From: Bernardetia sp. ABR2-2B
GTDB taxonomy: Bacteria > Bacteroidota > Bacteroidia > Cytophagales > Bernardetiaceae
Assembly (NCBI RefSeq): GCF_037126435.1
Contig: NZ_CP147020.1
Coordinates: forward strand, 1,587,293-1,651,292
Length of the DNA: 64,000 bases
Reading direction: 5' to 3'
Part shown: positions 49,241-58,615 of the stretch, in pieces
Layout of the letters: every line of letters begins with the position of its first letter
How positions within the stretch are numbered: position 1 is the stretch's first letter
Program-made: the position numbers and the translations under genes
The notes under the pieces: model-generated
What the model saw: the letters and a program-made list of their open reading frames with translations, nothing else
Database searches by the model: none
Told to the model about the DNA's origin: nothing

Positions 49241-50311
49241 ATGACTTGGATTAAGTTACTTCTTAGCTTGGGAACTGCATTCGCTATCTGTTTGCTACTC
49301 ATTCCCGAAATCATCAAAATTGCTAATTCTCGTAATATACACGACCAACCCAACGAGCGAAAAATTCATACAGGAAAAATTTGTTCTTTTGGAGGAATAG
49401 GTATTTTTTTTGGTTTTATTATTTCTACATTGATATGGTCTTTTGTAGATATGACCCTAAACATGGAGTTTTTGATGGGTGCTGTTTTGGTTATGGTAGT
49501 GGTTGGAATGCGAGATGATTTTTTGCCGTTAAGTGCCTTTTGGAAACTAATAGGACAACTTGTAGCAATCGCTGTTCTTTTGATTGGAGATATTCGTATT
49601 TCTTCTCTGTATGGCTTTTTGGGAGTTTATGAACTCAATATCGTTTTTAGTTATCTAGTTACTGGTTTTATTGTGATTGTCATTACAAATGCTTTTAACT
49701 TGATTGATGGAATTGATGGATTAGCTGGTTCGGTTGCCTTGATTGTTTTTAGCTTTTTTGGGCTTTGGTTTGCTTTGGAGGGTAGTTTTGCTCTTTCTGC
49801 AATGTGTTTGGCTGTTTTGGGTAGTGTTGGAGGTTTCTTGTATTATAACTATAGTCCTGCTCGTATTTTTATGGGCGATACAGGCTCTTTGATGCTTGGT
49901 TTTTTGGCTACTGGTCTTTTAATTATTTTTTTAAATAAAAATGCTGCTTTACCTACTACGAGCGAATTGCATATTGTAGCTCCATTATCGCTGCTTTCTG
50001 CACTGATGGTTTATCCACTTTTTGATACTATTCGTGTTTTTATGTTGAGAGCTTTTGCTGGTCGTTCTCCTCTTTCTCCTGACCGTAATCATATTCATCA
50101 CTTGCTTTTAGACATCGGTTGTAGTCATTATTATATTGTAGGAATTGTAATTTTCTTGAATATTTTGTTTGTCTTTATTTTTACTTTTATTGGACAAATG
50201 GGTTATCTATCTGATAATTGGCTTGTTCCTATTATTGTCTTGACGGCAAGTAGTTTGGCAGTTTTTCTACATAGAAAAGTAAAACGAAGAAGAGAAGTAG
50301 TAAATATTTAA
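49241..50311 (+). CDS. undecaprenyl-phosphate sugar-1-phosphate transferase, glycosyltransferase family 4 (MraY/WecA/WbpL family)
   Basis: NAFNLIDGIDGLAGSVALIV and NYSPARIFMGDTGSLMLGF are signature motifs of the MraY/WecA superfamily. About 10 TM helices. Confidence 0.85.
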   Translation: MTWIKLLLSLGTAFAICLLLIPEIIKIANSRNIHDQPNERKIHTGKICSFGGIGIFFGFIISTLIWSFVDMTLNMEFLMGAVLVMVVVGMRDDFLPLSAFWKLIGQLVAIAVLLIGDIRISSLYGFLGVYELNIVFSYLVTGFIVIVITNAFNLIDGIDGLAGSVALIVFSFFGLWFALEGSFALSAMCLAVLGSVGGFLYYNYSPARIFMGDTGSLMLGFLATGLLIIFLNKNAALPTTSELHIVAPLSLLSALMVYPLFDTIRVFMLRAFAGRSPLSPDRNHIHHLLLDIGCSHYYIVGIVIFLNILFVFIFTFIGQMGYLSDNWLVPIIVLTASSLAVFLHRKVKRRREVVNI

Positions 50312-50346
50312 ATAATTAAGTTATCTAAGCAGGGGGTTTGTTCATA

Positions 50347-50386
50347 TTTGTTGGTGTCGCTACGCTAAAACACCAACAAAGGCTAG
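50347..50386. repeat. copy 2 of the hairpin repeat family (TTTGTTGGTGT-CGCTACGCTAAA-ACACCAACAAAGGCTAG)
   Basis: 11-bp stem and 12-nt loop. Lies between convergent genes 49241..50311 (+) and 50447..50887 (-). Confidence 0.75.
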
Positions 50387-50446
50387 TGTATTTTAAAATA
50401 TCCTAAACAAAAAAAAGGATTCAAATAGTATGAATCCTCTTTTAAT

Positions 50447-50887
50447 TTATTCTTCTTCTTCCTGTTCTGTTATGAGGGTTTCTTTCTCTTGAATTTCGTA
50501 TTCTTTTAGCCATTTTTTTGCTTCTTCAAGGTCGTCAAAAAAGTGCATTGTATAACTATTGTCAGTCATGTCTTCACCTATTTTTTTAACAGCAAGTTGG
50601 TTAAAAACATCTTTTGACATAACCACAGCAGCCGTTCTGATACCAGCTTCTAAAAGGCGAGGAAACCAATTTTCATTTGTCCATTTTTGATCATCAGGCG
50701 TTATCGCACCCATTTCAGCCATATTTGCAAGCCATCTAGTAACTCCTTTTTCTTGTACTTTTTCTAATCCTGTATTCATTCCATGTTTGTATTTTGCAGA
50801 AGTAGCAAAGCCAGTCCATTGCATATGAATACAATTTACATCTTCGTCATGATGAATCGTTAAATGTTTTTCTTCAAATAAAGGCAT
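50447..50887 (-). CDS. small hypothetical protein; paralog of 3345..3746
   Basis: See 3345..3746. 146 aa with an acidic C-terminal tail EQEEEE. Confidence 0.55.
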   Translation of the reverse strand: MPLFEEKHLTIHHDEDVNCIHMQWTGFATSAKYKHGMNTGLEKVQEKGVTRWLANMAEMGAITPDDQKWTNENWFPRLLEAGIRTAAVVMSKDVFNQLAVKKIGEDMTDNSYTMHFFDDLEEAKKWLKEYEIQEKETLITEQEEEE

Positions 50888-51153
50888 GATATATAAAATT
50901 AATAGTAATAGTAGTTTTTATAATTAGAAATTATTTAAGAATAGAAAACTAGATTTTCAAAATGATTTTTTTATAGCAAATAGGTCAGTCCCAAAGGGCA
51001 GACTGTCTACTAAAGTTGCAAGTATCAACTACAAAACGGTCTGCTCTACGAGACTAACCTATCTAGAAGTAATTCTTAAACAGCTTCTTAAAAAAGTAGC
51101 TTTTTTTGTAATTACAATTTATATATTTTAGACAAGAATTAAAAATTTGCCTT

Positions 51154-52236
51154 TTATTTTCCGTAAAGCATCAATAAATCAGCCACCTGTTCCATAAGTT
51201 CTTTAGAGTGGGTTGGAAAATTAGCAATTCGGATTTGAGAATCTTTAAAGCTGCCATATCCTTTTCCAATAATAATCCCTCTTTTTTCTAAAAATGCAAG
51301 TACATCAGAGGAAGTTCCTTTTTCTACATTTGCTACAATAACCGTTTTCGAACGCTGCGATTTTTCATTTACTAAAGGCGACAAAAATTCCGATTGCTCT
51401 AAAGTATGATATAATAATTCAGCTTTATAATCAGTTTCTCTTCGAATCATTGCAATTCCCTTTTTATTCATTGCCTCAACTACTTTTCCCAAAACAAAGA
51501 TTGCCAAAACATTTGGTGTTTCGGGTGTTTGATTCTCTTTGGCATATTTATCAAGTTCCAAAATCGAATGATACGTTCCAATACTTTTACCTTTTGCTTC
51601 TAGTTGTTGCGCTTTTTCAATCATTTTTTGATTATACACCCAAACTCCCAAACCAGCAGGAACACCAAAACCTTTTTGTACAGAAAAATAAAGTGAATCT
51701 ATTTGAGAAAAATCAAGATTAGCATAAGGAAGAGAAGAAACAGCATCAACAACAATTAACTTATCCTTATTTTGCTCTCTAATTTTTGCAATATTTTCAA
51801 TAGGAAACTGAACACCACTACTTGTCTCATTCTGAATCAGAGCAATAAGTTCAGCCGAGCTAGGAACATCAATATTTTCCACTAAAAAACCTTTACTAAA
51901 ATCAACTTCATATTTAGATGGACTAAGATTCAATTGCTCTGAAAAGCGATAAAACTTCCTTGAAAAAGAACCATTTACTAAATGAAAACTCTCTTTTTCT
52001 ACACAATTTTGAAGGATTCGTTCCCAAATTTCGTTGGCAGAACCAGTAAAGGCAATAGAAAAATCATCAGGAATTTGCAAAAGCTCTTTAAGCTGGGTAA
52101 CTGTATGCTCAAAGATTATTTTAAACTCTTTACTACGATGTGAAATAGCTGTTACTTTTTTCTGTAAAGCTTCTTTTATTGCTTCTTCTACTATAAAATA
52201 GTTTTCAGAAGGACCTGGTGTAAGATAAATTTTCAT
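51154..52236 (-). CDS. class V aminotransferase, phosphoserine aminotransferase (SerC)-like
   Basis: 360 aa. Candidate PLP-lysine motif FSVQKGFGVPAGLGV resembles the SerC …AQKN.GP.G… block. Overall AAT-V fold length. Confidence 0.55.
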   Translation of the reverse strand: MKIYLTPGPSENYFIVEEAIKEALQKKVTAISHRSKEFKIIFEHTVTQLKELLQIPDDFSIAFTGSANEIWERILQNCVEKESFHLVNGSFSRKFYRFSEQLNLSPSKYEVDFSKGFLVENIDVPSSAELIALIQNETSSGVQFPIENIAKIREQNKDKLIVVDAVSSLPYANLDFSQIDSLYFSVQKGFGVPAGLGVWVYNQKMIEKAQQLEAKGKSIGTYHSILELDKYAKENQTPETPNVLAIFVLGKVVEAMNKKGIAMIRRETDYKAELLYHTLEQSEFLSPLVNEKSQRSKTVIVANVEKGTSSDVLAFLEKRGIIIGKGYGSFKDSQIRIANFPTHSKELMEQVADLLMLYGK

Positions 52237-52244
52237 AGAATATA

Positions 52245-53057
52245 TTAGTTTTTCAAATAAGCATTTTGCATCATTTCAAAGGCTTTTAACTTGAGTTTTT
52301 GAAGGTCTTGAATAGTCATTCCTTCGGTAGAAATAGGTTCTAAAAATTCTACTTCGACAAACCCAGCTTTTACTCTCCAACTATTTTTGGGAAGCATTTT
52401 TCGTGTATTCTTTATGACAATAGGCGCAATTGGTGTTTGCGTTTCGATAGCCACCATAAATGCACCCTCATGAAAACGCAACATATCGTGCTGCGAATTA
52501 TTCATTGTTCCTTCTGGAAAAATCATAACATGAATTTGTTTTCTTAGCTTTTCTTTCACTTGTCTTAGGCTTCGTCTTTTACTTTCCATACTACTTCTAT
52601 CGACGATAACACCAATGTATTTAAAAATTAAACCAAAAACAGGCATTTTCAGAATTTCAATCTTTCCCAAAGCTCTAAACTGATTTGGAATAGCGAGTGT
52701 AATGGCTGGTGAATCTAAAAACGAGTTATGATTAGCCACAAAAATATAAGGTTGATTTTTTTGAAGCGTTTTTTTATTTTTTATCTTATAAATAATTCCA
52801 CTCAAAAAACTAAAACTAAAACCCCAAATCTTCATGATTTTAAAAGCAAAAGTTCCACCTCTTTTCTCATCAATTAAAATAGGAAGTATGATAAAAGGCG
52901 CACAAACAACCATAATCCAAAAGAAATTGAAGAATGTCCACATCGAAAATGCAATCTGAAAAAAAGTAGTGAAAGGACGTGTCAAGACGGTCAGTCCTCT
53001 ATCTTCGATGTAAAGTAATAGAGAGTTTCTCAACTCATATAATTTTTCCTGTATCAT
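52245..53057 (-). CDS. plsC: 1-acyl-sn-glycerol-3-phosphate acyltransferase
   Basis: N-terminal TM, HxxxxD motif (ANHNSFLD) and FPEGT motif of LPLAT acyltransferases. Confidence 0.75.
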   Translation of the reverse strand: MIQEKLYELRNSLLLYIEDRGLTVLTRPFTTFFQIAFSMWTFFNFFWIMVVCAPFIILPILIDEKRGGTFAFKIMKIWGFSFSFLSGIIYKIKNKKTLQKNQPYIFVANHNSFLDSPAITLAIPNQFRALGKIEILKMPVFGLIFKYIGVIVDRSSMESKRRSLRQVKEKLRKQIHVMIFPEGTMNNSQHDMLRFHEGAFMVAIETQTPIAPIVIKNTRKMLPKNSWRVKAGFVEVEFLEPISTEGMTIQDLQKLKLKAFEMMQNAYLKN

Positions 53058-53374
53058 AATTAAAAAAAATTCGTTTGTTTTAAGAGAAAGAGAGATTATT
53101 TTATAAAAAATACGTTGTTTGAAGGTTTATTGTATGTTACATTGCTTAGGAACTGAATATCTAAAAAGGTTTGTGCTTAAATACTATTTTGAATAGAAAA
53201 ATAAGAGAAACATAAACTCTTAATTTAGAATACTATTTATAACGTAAATACTTTCAAAAAATTCAATAAAAAATCAAATAATTGCAAAGATAAGAACAAA
53301 TAAAGTAGCTAACTATAAAAAAGTTACTTGAAATAGTTAAATTATTTCTAGTCTTATCATAAAGCAAAAGCTAT

Positions 53375-54097
53375 CTATTTTTTTACTTCTCTTGGCTTCC
53401 ACTCTTCCAAAAACTGCTCAATTGTTTGTGCCTCTTCAACGACAAAATTACCTATTTTTGTGCGACGAAGCCCTGAAAGATGTGCACCTGTTTCTAGTTT
53501 TTGCCCCAAATCATGTGCTAGACTTCTGATATAAGTTCCTTTACTACAAACAATTCTCAAAGAAATTATAGCTTCATTTTCTGATATATTAGATTCTATG
53601 ATTTCTAATTCTGAAATTGTTACTTTTCTTGATTTGAGTTTTATTTCTTCTCCTTCTCTTGCAGACTGATAGGCTCTTTTTCCATTGACTTGCACAGCCG
53701 AAAAAATAGGAGGAACTTGGTCTATTTCTCCTTCAAAATCACTTAAAGCTGTTTGAATTTTTTCTAATGTAAGGTCAGAAATATCTTTTTTATTTTCTAA
53801 TTCTGATTCCAAATCATAAGAAGCTGTTGTAAAACCAAATGTAATTTGTGCTACATATTCTTTTTCTTGTCCTTGAAAATTTTCAATCTGCTTTGTCATT
53901 TTTCCAGAACAAAGAATTAATAAACCTGTGGCTAATGGGTCAAGCGTTCCTGCATGTCCTACTTTTACTTTTTTCTTTTGCTCAAATTTTTTGATAGCAT
54001 AACGAATCTTATTTACTACATCAAAAGATGTCCAAGTAAGAGGTTTATCTATCAAAATTACTTTCCCTTGTGAAAATACTCCTTGTTCTTCTTGCAT
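53375..54097 (-). CDS. truB: tRNA pseudouridine(55) synthase
   Basis: Catalytic-Asp motif KVGHAGTLDPLATGLLILC and TruB-length protein. Confidence 0.85.
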   Translation of the reverse strand: MQEEQGVFSQGKVILIDKPLTWTSFDVVNKIRYAIKKFEQKKKVKVGHAGTLDPLATGLLILCSGKMTKQIENFQGQEKEYVAQITFGFTTASYDLESELENKKDISDLTLEKIQTALSDFEGEIDQVPPIFSAVQVNGKRAYQSAREGEEIKLKSRKVTISELEIIESNISENEAIISLRIVCSKGTYIRSLAHDLGQKLETGAHLSGLRRTKIGNFVVEEAQTIEQFLEEWKPREVKK

Positions 54098-54127
54098 TTT
54101 TTTTCGCTCGTATTTTAAAATTTATTT

Positions 54128-54757
54128 CTAAGAAACATTGTCTATTTCTTTATTGCTTTCCTCTTTCTGGTTCTTCTTTATCTCTTTATAAAGTATTTTT
54201 TCAATGCGTTTGTCAGGAACAACCCAAAGCAAAGCAACGCCAATATAAATAGAAATAGAAATCCATTGACTAACAAAAGAAAGAGGAATAGCAACAGCGT
54301 ACAAAACTAGTGAAATTTTACCTTTATAGTCTTTTCCGATAGCTTTATTTAAAATTGAGTTTTCTCCATGAATTTTGAGAATGAGAGATTGTAAAATAAA
54401 ATAAGCAATAGCACTCATCAACAAAACAACTCCATAAAGAGCCTCTGGAACAGCCGAAAAATTAGTTCTTCCTACCCAACCTGATGTAAAAGGAATTAGA
54501 GAAAGCCAAAAAAGTAAGTGCAGATTTGCCCAAAGCACTTTTCCATTTACGTATTTTGTGGCTTGAAAAAGGTGATGATGATTATTCCAATAAATCCCCA
54601 AATACAGAAAGCTCAAAATATAACTCAAAAAAATAGGATATACTTTTTCTAAATCGTGTAAAGCTCCTCCTGTTGGAACTTTCATTTCCAAAACCATAAT
54701 AGTAATAAGAATTGCCAAAACGCCATCACTAAAGGCTTCTAGTCTGCTTGATTTCAT
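54128..54757 (-). CDS. DUF1211/TMEM175-like membrane protein (putative K+ channel family)
   Basis: N-terminal RLEAFSDGVLAILITIMVLE is the hallmark of DUF1211. 6 TM helices. Confidence 0.65.
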   Translation of the reverse strand: MKSSRLEAFSDGVLAILITIMVLEMKVPTGGALHDLEKVYPIFLSYILSFLYLGIYWNNHHHLFQATKYVNGKVLWANLHLLFWLSLIPFTSGWVGRTNFSAVPEALYGVVLLMSAIAYFILQSLILKIHGENSILNKAIGKDYKGKISLVLYAVAIPLSFVSQWISISIYIGVALLWVVPDKRIEKILYKEIKKNQKEESNKEIDNVS

Positions 54758-55002
54758 TTATAAAATAATTATTGGAGTTACGAATGAGATTTATTTATCA
54801 GATGGAGTAATTGTGAGTTCAACTCTTAAAAACTAGATAGTAGTATTTGTTGCTTGTAAAGCAAAGATAATAAATCAGACTACGAAAATCTATGAAATTG
54901 TTTGAAGGAGAATATATTTTACCTGTTATACAACTTGATTTAGATTACAAACAATTCTCTCATTTTTATTTAGAATTATTCTAAAAAATGACAAAAGTCA
55001 TT

Positions 55003-55032
55003 TTTTTTTGTGCCTTCTCTACCGTATTTTTG
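55003..55032 (+). promoter_or_regulatory. candidate Bacteroidota sigma-A-type promoter (-33 TTG / -7 TAnnTTTG)
   Basis: TATTTTTG at about 55024-55031 with TTG about 20 bp upstream. It lies 35 bp before the ATG at 55068. Confidence 0.3.
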
Positions 55033-55067
55033 CATAAAATGAAATTGTCTATAATTAGTCTAAATAA

Positions 55068-57689
55068 ATGAACACATTTCTCACCTCTTCTTTTTGTTGT
55101 TTTTACAAAAACCTTTTTTGTCTTTGTTGTTGTTGCTGTTGTATAGCTTGTCATTTTTGCCTAGCTCAAAATAGTAATGACTTAGAAGCATCTATCAAGA
55201 CAAATACGAGATTAGAAACACAGATTCGAATAAAAGGAAAGGTTTCTACCTCTTCTAATTTTGACAAAAACGAACCTCTTTTTGGTGCAACTATCGTCGT
55301 TCAGGAGCTGAATAAATACGCTCAAAGTGATACAGATGGCAATTTTTTATTAGAGTTTTTTACTACCTCTTCTACTTCCCATCAATCTACTTATACATTA
55401 GTTGCTTATTTGTATGGCTTCAAAACGGTTTCAAAAGAGATAAATATTAGAGAAAAAAACACATTAACTATTGATTTTAACTTAGAAGAGCTACAAGATT
55501 CTTTGAAAACAATAGTGGTAGAAGGAAATTCAGAATTAGAAAACTCTAATTTAATGGCTCGTCTTAATACCGTTGATGGAATGGGGATTTATGAATCTAA
55601 AAAGACGGAAGTAATTGTTTTGGACAACACAACAGCAAATTTGGCAGCCAATAACTCAAGACAAATTTATGCAAAAGTAGCAGGGCTGAACGTTTGGGAA
55701 AGTGATGGAGCAGGTATTCAGTTAGGAATCGGAGCTAGAGGACTTTCACCCAACCGAACAGCAAATTTTAATACTCGTCAAAATGGTTATGATATTTCTG
55801 CTGATGCACTCGGTTATCCTGAAAGCTATTATACGCCACCAGTTGAGGCTGTTGAGAGAATTGAACTTGTGCGTGGTGCAGCTTCTTTGCAGTATGGAAC
55901 GCAGTTTGGTGGAATGCTCAATTTCGTAATGAAAGATGCTCCTAAAAACAAAAACTTTGAGACTAACTTACGCCAAACAGTAGGTTCTTATGGCTTTACA
56001 AGTAGTTTTGTTGATGTAGGTGGGAATTTGGGAAAGACAAATCAAAACGGAGATTCAAAACTAAGTTATTACGGATTTTATCAATATAAACGTGGCGATG
56101 GTTGGAGAGAAAACTCTGGCTTTGATGTGCATACAGGTTTTGCAAAACTTACTTTCCGTCCTTCTTCAAAATTCAAAATTTCGGTAGAATATACTGGAAT
56201 GAATTACCTTGCACAACAAGCTGGTGGACTTACTGATGCTATGTTTGAGCAAAATCCACGTCAGTCGATTAGAGATAGAAACTGGTTTGCCGTAAACTGG
56301 AACTTAGGAGCAGTTATTTTAGATTATAAAATTTCTAATAAAACAAAAATCAATAGCCGTACTTTTGGGCTTTTGGCAGGAAGAAAAACAGTAGGAAATT
56401 TGGATAAGATAAGTGTCATTGATTTTGGACAAAATAGAACTTTAATAGATGGGGATTTCAAAAACTTTGGAAATGAAACTCGCCTTTTACATCGTTATTC
56501 TATTCATTTTTTAGGAGAAAAATTAAAGAAACAAACACACGCTTTTATCACAGGTTTTAGATATTACAGTGGCTTCACAACACAACGACAAGGCGATGCA
56601 GATGCAACAAATAAACCTAACTTTGCTTTCTTAAACTCTGAAAATTTAGAAAATTCTTCCTACCAGTTTCCAAATCAAAATGCTTCTTTTTTTATAGAAA
56701 ATGTCTTTAACCTTTCTGATAAATGGAGCATTACCCCTGGAATTAGAGCCGAATATATCAAAACACAAGCTGACGGATTTTATAAAGAACGAGTTTTTGA
56801 TTTTGCAGGAAATTTGATTTCTGAAACCAAAAATGAAGAAAATTTAGAACGCCCTAGAAGTTTTGTTTTAGGTGGAATAGGAATTAGTTATAAACCTGTT
56901 TTGAATAACAAAAACGAATTAGAGATTTATGCAAATTTCTCTCAAAATTATCGTTCGGTTACCTTTAGTGATTTGCGTATTCAGAATCCAAATTTGGTAA
57001 TTAGTCCAGATATAAAAGATGAAAGTGGTTATAATGCAGACTTAGGTTTTCGTGGTAAAATCAATACGCTTTTACAATTTGATGTAAGTCTTTTTTACTT
57101 GAATTATAATGACAGAATCAGTCAAGTAGAACGTACAGGCGTTGCTCCAACGTACACTCCCTATCGTTTTAGAGGAAATATCGCTCAAGCTAGAATTTAT
57201 GGAATTGAATCACTTTTAGAATTTAATGTCGGAAAATTAGGTAATAATTGGATTGAGAATATTCTACCAAAATCATATTTGGGACTTTATTTGAATACTT
57301 CTATTCTGAAAAGTAAATATACAAATTCAGAAGAAACAGCAATTTTGGGAAGAGAAGTTGAGCTTGTTCCACCTATTACGCTGCGTACAGGTTTGCAGTT
57401 TGGTTACAAAGATTTCAAACTCTCTTATCAATATTCCTACACACATGAGCATTTTACAGATGCCACCAACGTTGTCAGAAGTGCGACGGCTGTTAGTGGA
57501 ATTATTCCTTCATATTATGTGATGGATTTGTCGATGAGCTATTCTTACAAATGGCTAAAACTAGAAGGAAGCATAAATAATCTCACAAACAATTCTTATT
57601 TTACAAGACGTGCAGATGGCTATCCTGGACCTGGAATTATTCCTGCTGATGCTAGAGCTTTTTTCTTGACTTTGGGAGCTAGTTTTTAG
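55068..57689 (+). CDS. TonB-dependent outer-membrane receptor with an N-terminal carboxypeptidase-regulatory-like domain
   Basis: CarbopepD_reg-like block (GATIVVQELNKYAQSDTDGNFLL), a plug region and a long beta-barrel ending …FFLTLGASF (C-terminal Phe). The signal region is unusually Cys-rich (CLCCCCCCIAC). Confidence 0.8.
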   Translation: MNTFLTSSFCCFYKNLFCLCCCCCCIACHFCLAQNSNDLEASIKTNTRLETQIRIKGKVSTSSNFDKNEPLFGATIVVQELNKYAQSDTDGNFLLEFFTTSSTSHQSTYTLVAYLYGFKTVSKEINIREKNTLTIDFNLEELQDSLKTIVVEGNSELENSNLMARLNTVDGMGIYESKKTEVIVLDNTTANLAANNSRQIYAKVAGLNVWESDGAGIQLGIGARGLSPNRTANFNTRQNGYDISADALGYPESYYTPPVEAVERIELVRGAASLQYGTQFGGMLNFVMKDAPKNKNFETNLRQTVGSYGFTSSFVDVGGNLGKTNQNGDSKLSYYGFYQYKRGDGWRENSGFDVHTGFAKLTFRPSSKFKISVEYTGMNYLAQQAGGLTDAMFEQNPRQSIRDRNWFAVNWNLGAVILDYKISNKTKINSRTFGLLAGRKTVGNLDKISVIDFGQNRTLIDGDFKNFGNETRLLHRYSIHFLGEKLKKQTHAFITGFRYYSGFTTQRQGDADATNKPNFAFLNSENLENSSYQFPNQNASFFIENVFNLSDKWSITPGIRAEYIKTQADGFYKERVFDFAGNLISETKNEENLERPRSFVLGGIGISYKPVLNNKNELEIYANFSQNYRSVTFSDLRIQNPNLVISPDIKDESGYNADLGFRGKINTLLQFDVSLFYLNYNDRISQVERTGVAPTYTPYRFRGNIAQARIYGIESLLEFNVGKLGNNWIENILPKSYLGLYLNTSILKSKYTNSEETAILGREVELVPPITLRTGLQFGYKDFKLSYQYSYTHEHFTDATNVVRSATAVSGIIPSYYVMDLSMSYSYKWLKLEGSINNLTNNSYFTRRADGYPGPGIIPADARAFFLTLGASF

Positions 57690-57695
57690 ATGCTT

Positions 57696-57732
57696 TTTTG
57701 TTAGTGTAGTTGCGCTAAAACACCAACAAAGG
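57696..57732. repeat. copy 3 of the hairpin repeat family (TTTGTTAGTGT-AGTTGCGCTAAA-ACACCAACAAAGG)
   Basis: Immediately 3' of the TonB-receptor stop. One G-to-A mismatch in the left arm. Confidence 0.7.
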
Positions 57733-57794
57733 TAAAGCACATTATTTAGAAACTAATGGAATAGAACAATCAAAATGAAAAAAACACCAAAAAA

Positions 57795-58166
57795 ATGATT
57801 AGTGGTAATGCTAATAAAAACAGAATGAAGGAGATTATTGAAATAATTGAATCTAATTCAATTACAGTAGATAATTCTCGTTTTATAGAAAGTCTCCTAA
57901 TAGAATTTAATAAAGAGAGACGGAAAATGAATCTTAACCCTGATAATCATTCCTGTTTGATGTTAGATATTACAGAACAACGGTGGACTAATGTAAAAGA
58001 ACAAGTAGCTAACCAATCAAAGTCTTACAATAAATCTATTGTCAAACATATGAAATTGGTTATTGAAGGAAAAGAGGAAAGGATAGAATTAAATAGATTT
58101 GAGGGAATGCATATTATACAGTTAATTACTGAATCAATTAAAAAAAAAATTGGTTTGAATTCATAG
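57795..58166 (+). CDS. hypothetical protein
   Basis: 123-aa ORF with no recognisable motifs. Confidence 0.35.
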   Translation: MISGNANKNRMKEIIEIIESNSITVDNSRFIESLLIEFNKERRKMNLNPDNHSCLMLDITEQRWTNVKEQVANQSKSYNKSIVKHMKLVIEGKEERIELNRFEGMHIIQLITESIKKKIGLNS

Positions 58167-58235
58167 CCTTTAGCTCTTTGGCAAAGCCAAGCGACGGCTA
58201 TTTTGAGTAGCCGAGATACATAAAGCTACTATTTT

Positions 58236-58475
58236 CTACAAAACCACAATACCAAATTCAATTCCTTCTTTTACTAAAGGTTTGAAGTAATGGTTCATTC
58301 TTCCTACGTGAGTATCGATATCATATTCGCCTCTAAGATTACTTTTATTTACTCTTAGCAACACTTTTTTCTCGTTAGATGTATCTATTTCTATTGCCAA
58401 ACCAAACAGATTTTCAAACTGTTGTGAATAAGATGTAATTGTAGAATAGGCTTCTTGATTCTTAAACTGTTCCAT
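58236..58475 (-). CDS. hypothetical small protein
   Basis: 79-aa ORF convergent with the previous gene. No motifs. Confidence 0.3.
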   Translation of the reverse strand: MEQFKNQEAYSTITSYSQQFENLFGLAIEIDTSNEKKVLLRVNKSNLRGEYDIDTHVGRMNHYFKPLVKEGIEFGIVVL

Positions 58476-58615
58476 TTTTTTGGGTTGATTTGTTGTAAGT
58501 TAAGTTTATTCCCCATTTCAACATTTTGCACTAAAAAAATGTTATTGTTTGCCACAAAAAAATCACAAACCAAAAGACTTTGATTTGTGATTTGAGCTAA
58601 ATAAAAATTGATTTT

